Below are positions 59,173 to 61,166 of a stretch of 61,166 bases of DNA, one piece after another. The translations under genes were made by a program, and so were the position numbers. The DNA comes from a virus (taxonomy: Duplodnaviria > Caudoviricetes). Below the pieces are notes generated by a model, which saw nothing but the letters and a program-made list of their open reading frames with translations, searched no databases and was not told where the DNA came from. Position 1 is the stretch's first letter; the number at the start of each line of letters is the position of its first letter. Location of the stretch: the IMG/VR virus record IMGVR_UViG_3300034161_000007, positions 1 to 61,166 of that record; one strand, given 5' to 3'.

Positions 59173-61166
59173 CCATCTTCTGCCGTTCCAAGTCCTTACC
59201 CACTTCCTCGGTCATCAGGTTGCGCATCGAGCGCAGGCGGTCCAGCTCCAGGCGTTTGGTCTTGCCGTCCATTTCCTTGTCGACTTGCACCCGCTTCATT
59301 TCCGCATTGATCCGCGACATATCCTTATTGACCTTGTTCAAGGTGCCGCGCAGCGCCAGCACGTCCGCCTCTTTCTGCTCCAGGGCCACGGCCTTCTCTT
59401 CCTCGCCGTACTTGGCCAGGTGTTGCAGGTCGGCGTAGGCCTGATCGGACTTCTTCAAAGCGTCATAGAAGTCGGTGCCGTAGCGCGTGTAGTTGTCTTC
59501 CTTGGTCAAGTCCTTGTAGAAGCGTTTCACCGGCTGGTATTCGTCCCAGCTGCGCGCCGGCAACTCTTCGCCCTGCGCGCGACGCCAGAAGGTGTCAGCC
59601 ATGCCGACCGCTGTTGCGCCGACCGCGCCCATGTAACCCTGAATCAAGTGGTCAATCTGTACCGGCGACAGCGCCGAGTTGCCGGCACCCACCACGTCCA
59701 GCGCACGCTCAATGCCGCGGCTCGATGCTTCAGCCAGGCGCGAAGTGTCCGGACGCGAACGCAGGCTTGGACTTAGGCGCGACATCGATTGGTCTTCAAT
59801 CGGCCGACCGGTAAAGGTGTTTTCGTTATAACCCAGTTCCAGCACCGGCTTCAGTGCTTGCGGTGTCGGGTTCATGGCGAAGGTGTCGATAAGCATGTGC
59901 ATGGCGCGGCTGGCCAGCTTGTCACCGCCAACGGTCGGATCGGCGAACTGCTCCATCAGGCGCTCGCCCATGGTGGCAATCGAGCCGACCTCGAACGGCT
60001 TCGGAATGAAGAACATGCTGTCGCCGAGCTTGATCACCCAGTAGGTGTCGCGCTGCCAGTCTTCCAGCTTGCGGTAGTCCTCATCGTCCTTGTTGCGCAG
60101 GTAGAGCATCACACTGAAGGCGGTCAGCGCGCCGACCACGGCGGCGAAGCGGGCAAAGGCCTGCTTGTCCGATTTGGTGCCCTTGCCGAACATCGTTTTC
60201 AAGGTTGGCTTGGCGCCCGAGCGATAGAGCTTGTCCAGGCCTTGGATGCGCGCATTGAGGAACGGCACCACGTCGGTGAAGAACTTGATAATCCCAGCAT
60301 CCCCGTGCGCGCTGAAGTCCATCAGGTCGCGCGCCTCAAATGCGGCCTTGAGTTTGCCCTTGGATTGGTTGTGCTCCCAAATCCCGGCGCGGTTCATGTT
60401 CTCCGCAAAGTCGGTGACGTCGTGGTATTTGCGCCACGCCTTCATCAGCGTATTCGGGATCAACATCGGGTCTTTGAGCACTTGCGCGGTGCGCATGGTG
60501 CCATTGAGTGATGCCTTGAACTCGGTGGCGCCATGGCCGTAGACCTGGCCGAAGTGGAAGCCGCCGCCGCTGGCCATCAGGCGCGCGCGCTGGCGGTTGT
60601 TGCCATAGGTCAGCGCACCCTTGAACGCAGTTTTCAGCGGAATGGCGCTGGTCGGCGACGTAGCCATGGCCGCCAGCGTATCGCGGATGGCGTTCGCCAC
60701 CACAAATTGCGGGGTGATGGTGGTCATGTTGGTGAAGAAGCGCTTGAAGCCGCGCATGATCCGACGGTGCAAGGTGTTATTGCCGACGTCAGTGATCGCC
60801 GATACCGCCTTGAAGGTCAGCGGGTCGGTGACGTTGTACCACTGCTTAACCCCGTTTTCCATGACGAAGGTGCTGGCGTTCTTGTCCTTGTGCGCCTCGG
60901 TGGTCTTGTCAGCAATGCCCAGCTGCTCGGCGTTTTCCATGGCTTGCGCCGCCGCCTGATTCTTCAGGCTGGCTTGCACCAGGTGGTGGAAATTGAGCAG
61001 GGTGTTTTCCAGCAAGTCGTTGAGGTGCTGCTTGCCGCCCTTGAGCTTTTTATAGGCTTGCTGGCGCGACAGGCCACCGCCGCCCGAGGATGGGCCGCCG
61101 AGGTTTTCGCTATCGATCACCCGATAGAACGGCACATAGAATTCATCGCTCCAGGTGGCGCGCTGC
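59147..61166 (-). CDS. Giant polyvalent protein, 3' part (LPD38-like C-terminal domain)
   Basis: In frame with 1..11220 across the junction; PFLNARIQG, YWVIK...FFIPKPFEVG, NENTFTGRPI, IDHLIQGYMG. Confidence 0.9.
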   Translation of the reverse strand, partial: QRATWSDEFYVPFYRVIDSENLGGPSSGGGGLSRQQAYKKLKGGKQHLNDLLENTLLNFHHLVQASLKNQAAAQAMENAEQLGIADKTTEAHKDKNASTFVMENGVKQWYNVTDPLTFKAVSAITDVGNNTLHRRIMRGFKRFFTNMTTITPQFVVANAIRDTLAAMATSPTSAIPLKTAFKGALTYGNNRQRARLMASGGGFHFGQVYGHGATEFKASLNGTMRTAQVLKDPMLIPNTLMKAWRKYHDVTDFAENMNRAGIWEHNQSKGKLKAAFEARDLMDFSAHGDAGIIKFFTDVVPFLNARIQGLDKLYRSGAKPTLKTMFGKGTKSDKQAFARFAAVVGALTAFSVMLYLRNKDDEDYRKLEDWQRDTYWVIKLGDSMFFIPKPFEVGSIATMGERLMEQFADPTVGGDKLASRAMHMLIDTFAMNPTPQALKPVLELGYNENTFTGRPIEDQSMSRLSPSLRSRPDTSRLAEASSRGIERALDVVGAGNSALSPVQIDHLIQGYMGAVGATAVGMADTFWRRAQGEELPARSWDEYQPVKRFYKDLTKEDNYTRYGTDFYDALKKSDQAYADLQHLAKYGEEEKAVALEQKEADVLALRGTLNKVNKDMSRINAEMKRVQVDKEMDGKTKRLELDRLRSMRNLMTEEVGKDLERQKMVKRSSGGQ

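Noticed and set aside
61040-61166. 127-bp terminal repeat as a physical direct terminal repeat
   Set aside because: Length equals a common assembler k-mer and it falls in the middle of a gene; true termini cannot be inferred

Overview
This window is a complete, circularly assembled tailed-phage genome of about 61,039 bp. Bases 1-127 are identical to 61040-61166, which looks like an assembler overlap. The gene content is Bcep22/F116-like podovirus-type: N4-gp56-type major capsid, portal, TerL/TerS, a CsrA-like gene, one short tail fibre, GNAT and PAPS-reductase genes in the internal-virion module, and a DarB-like giant polyvalent protein. A Pseudomonas-like host is plausible but is inference. 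The giant gene (about 4,370 aa) is largely missing from the ORF track because it crosses the circular junction (11220->1, continuing 61039->59147). It contains transglycosylase, ddrB/ParB-like, strawberry-notch-like helicase, N6-adenine MTase, HExxH peptidase-like, GNAT and LPD38-like modules. Also present: three tRNAs (Asp, Ser, Asn) followed by about 0.7 kb of structured non-coding sequence; a lambdoid replication module with palindromic iterons; RecET-like recombination genes; an AlpA/repressor switch with no recognisable integrase; and a lysis cassette ending in an Asp/Asn beta-hydroxylase. Best candidates for new biology: (1) two abutting genes with their own RBSs overprinted inside the giant gene; (2) a GNAT / leader-GKGGGGG virion protein / SAM-MTase-PAPS-reductase fusion cassette that could modify ejection proteins; (3) a multi-domain ncRNA with a kissing-loop tRNA-like fold; (4) a set of anti-immune-signal proteins (Tad2-like, Tad1/Acb2-like, a two-domain partner, an alarmone hydrolase) around the packaging genes. 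All family assignments come from motif recognition by eye, not database searches.
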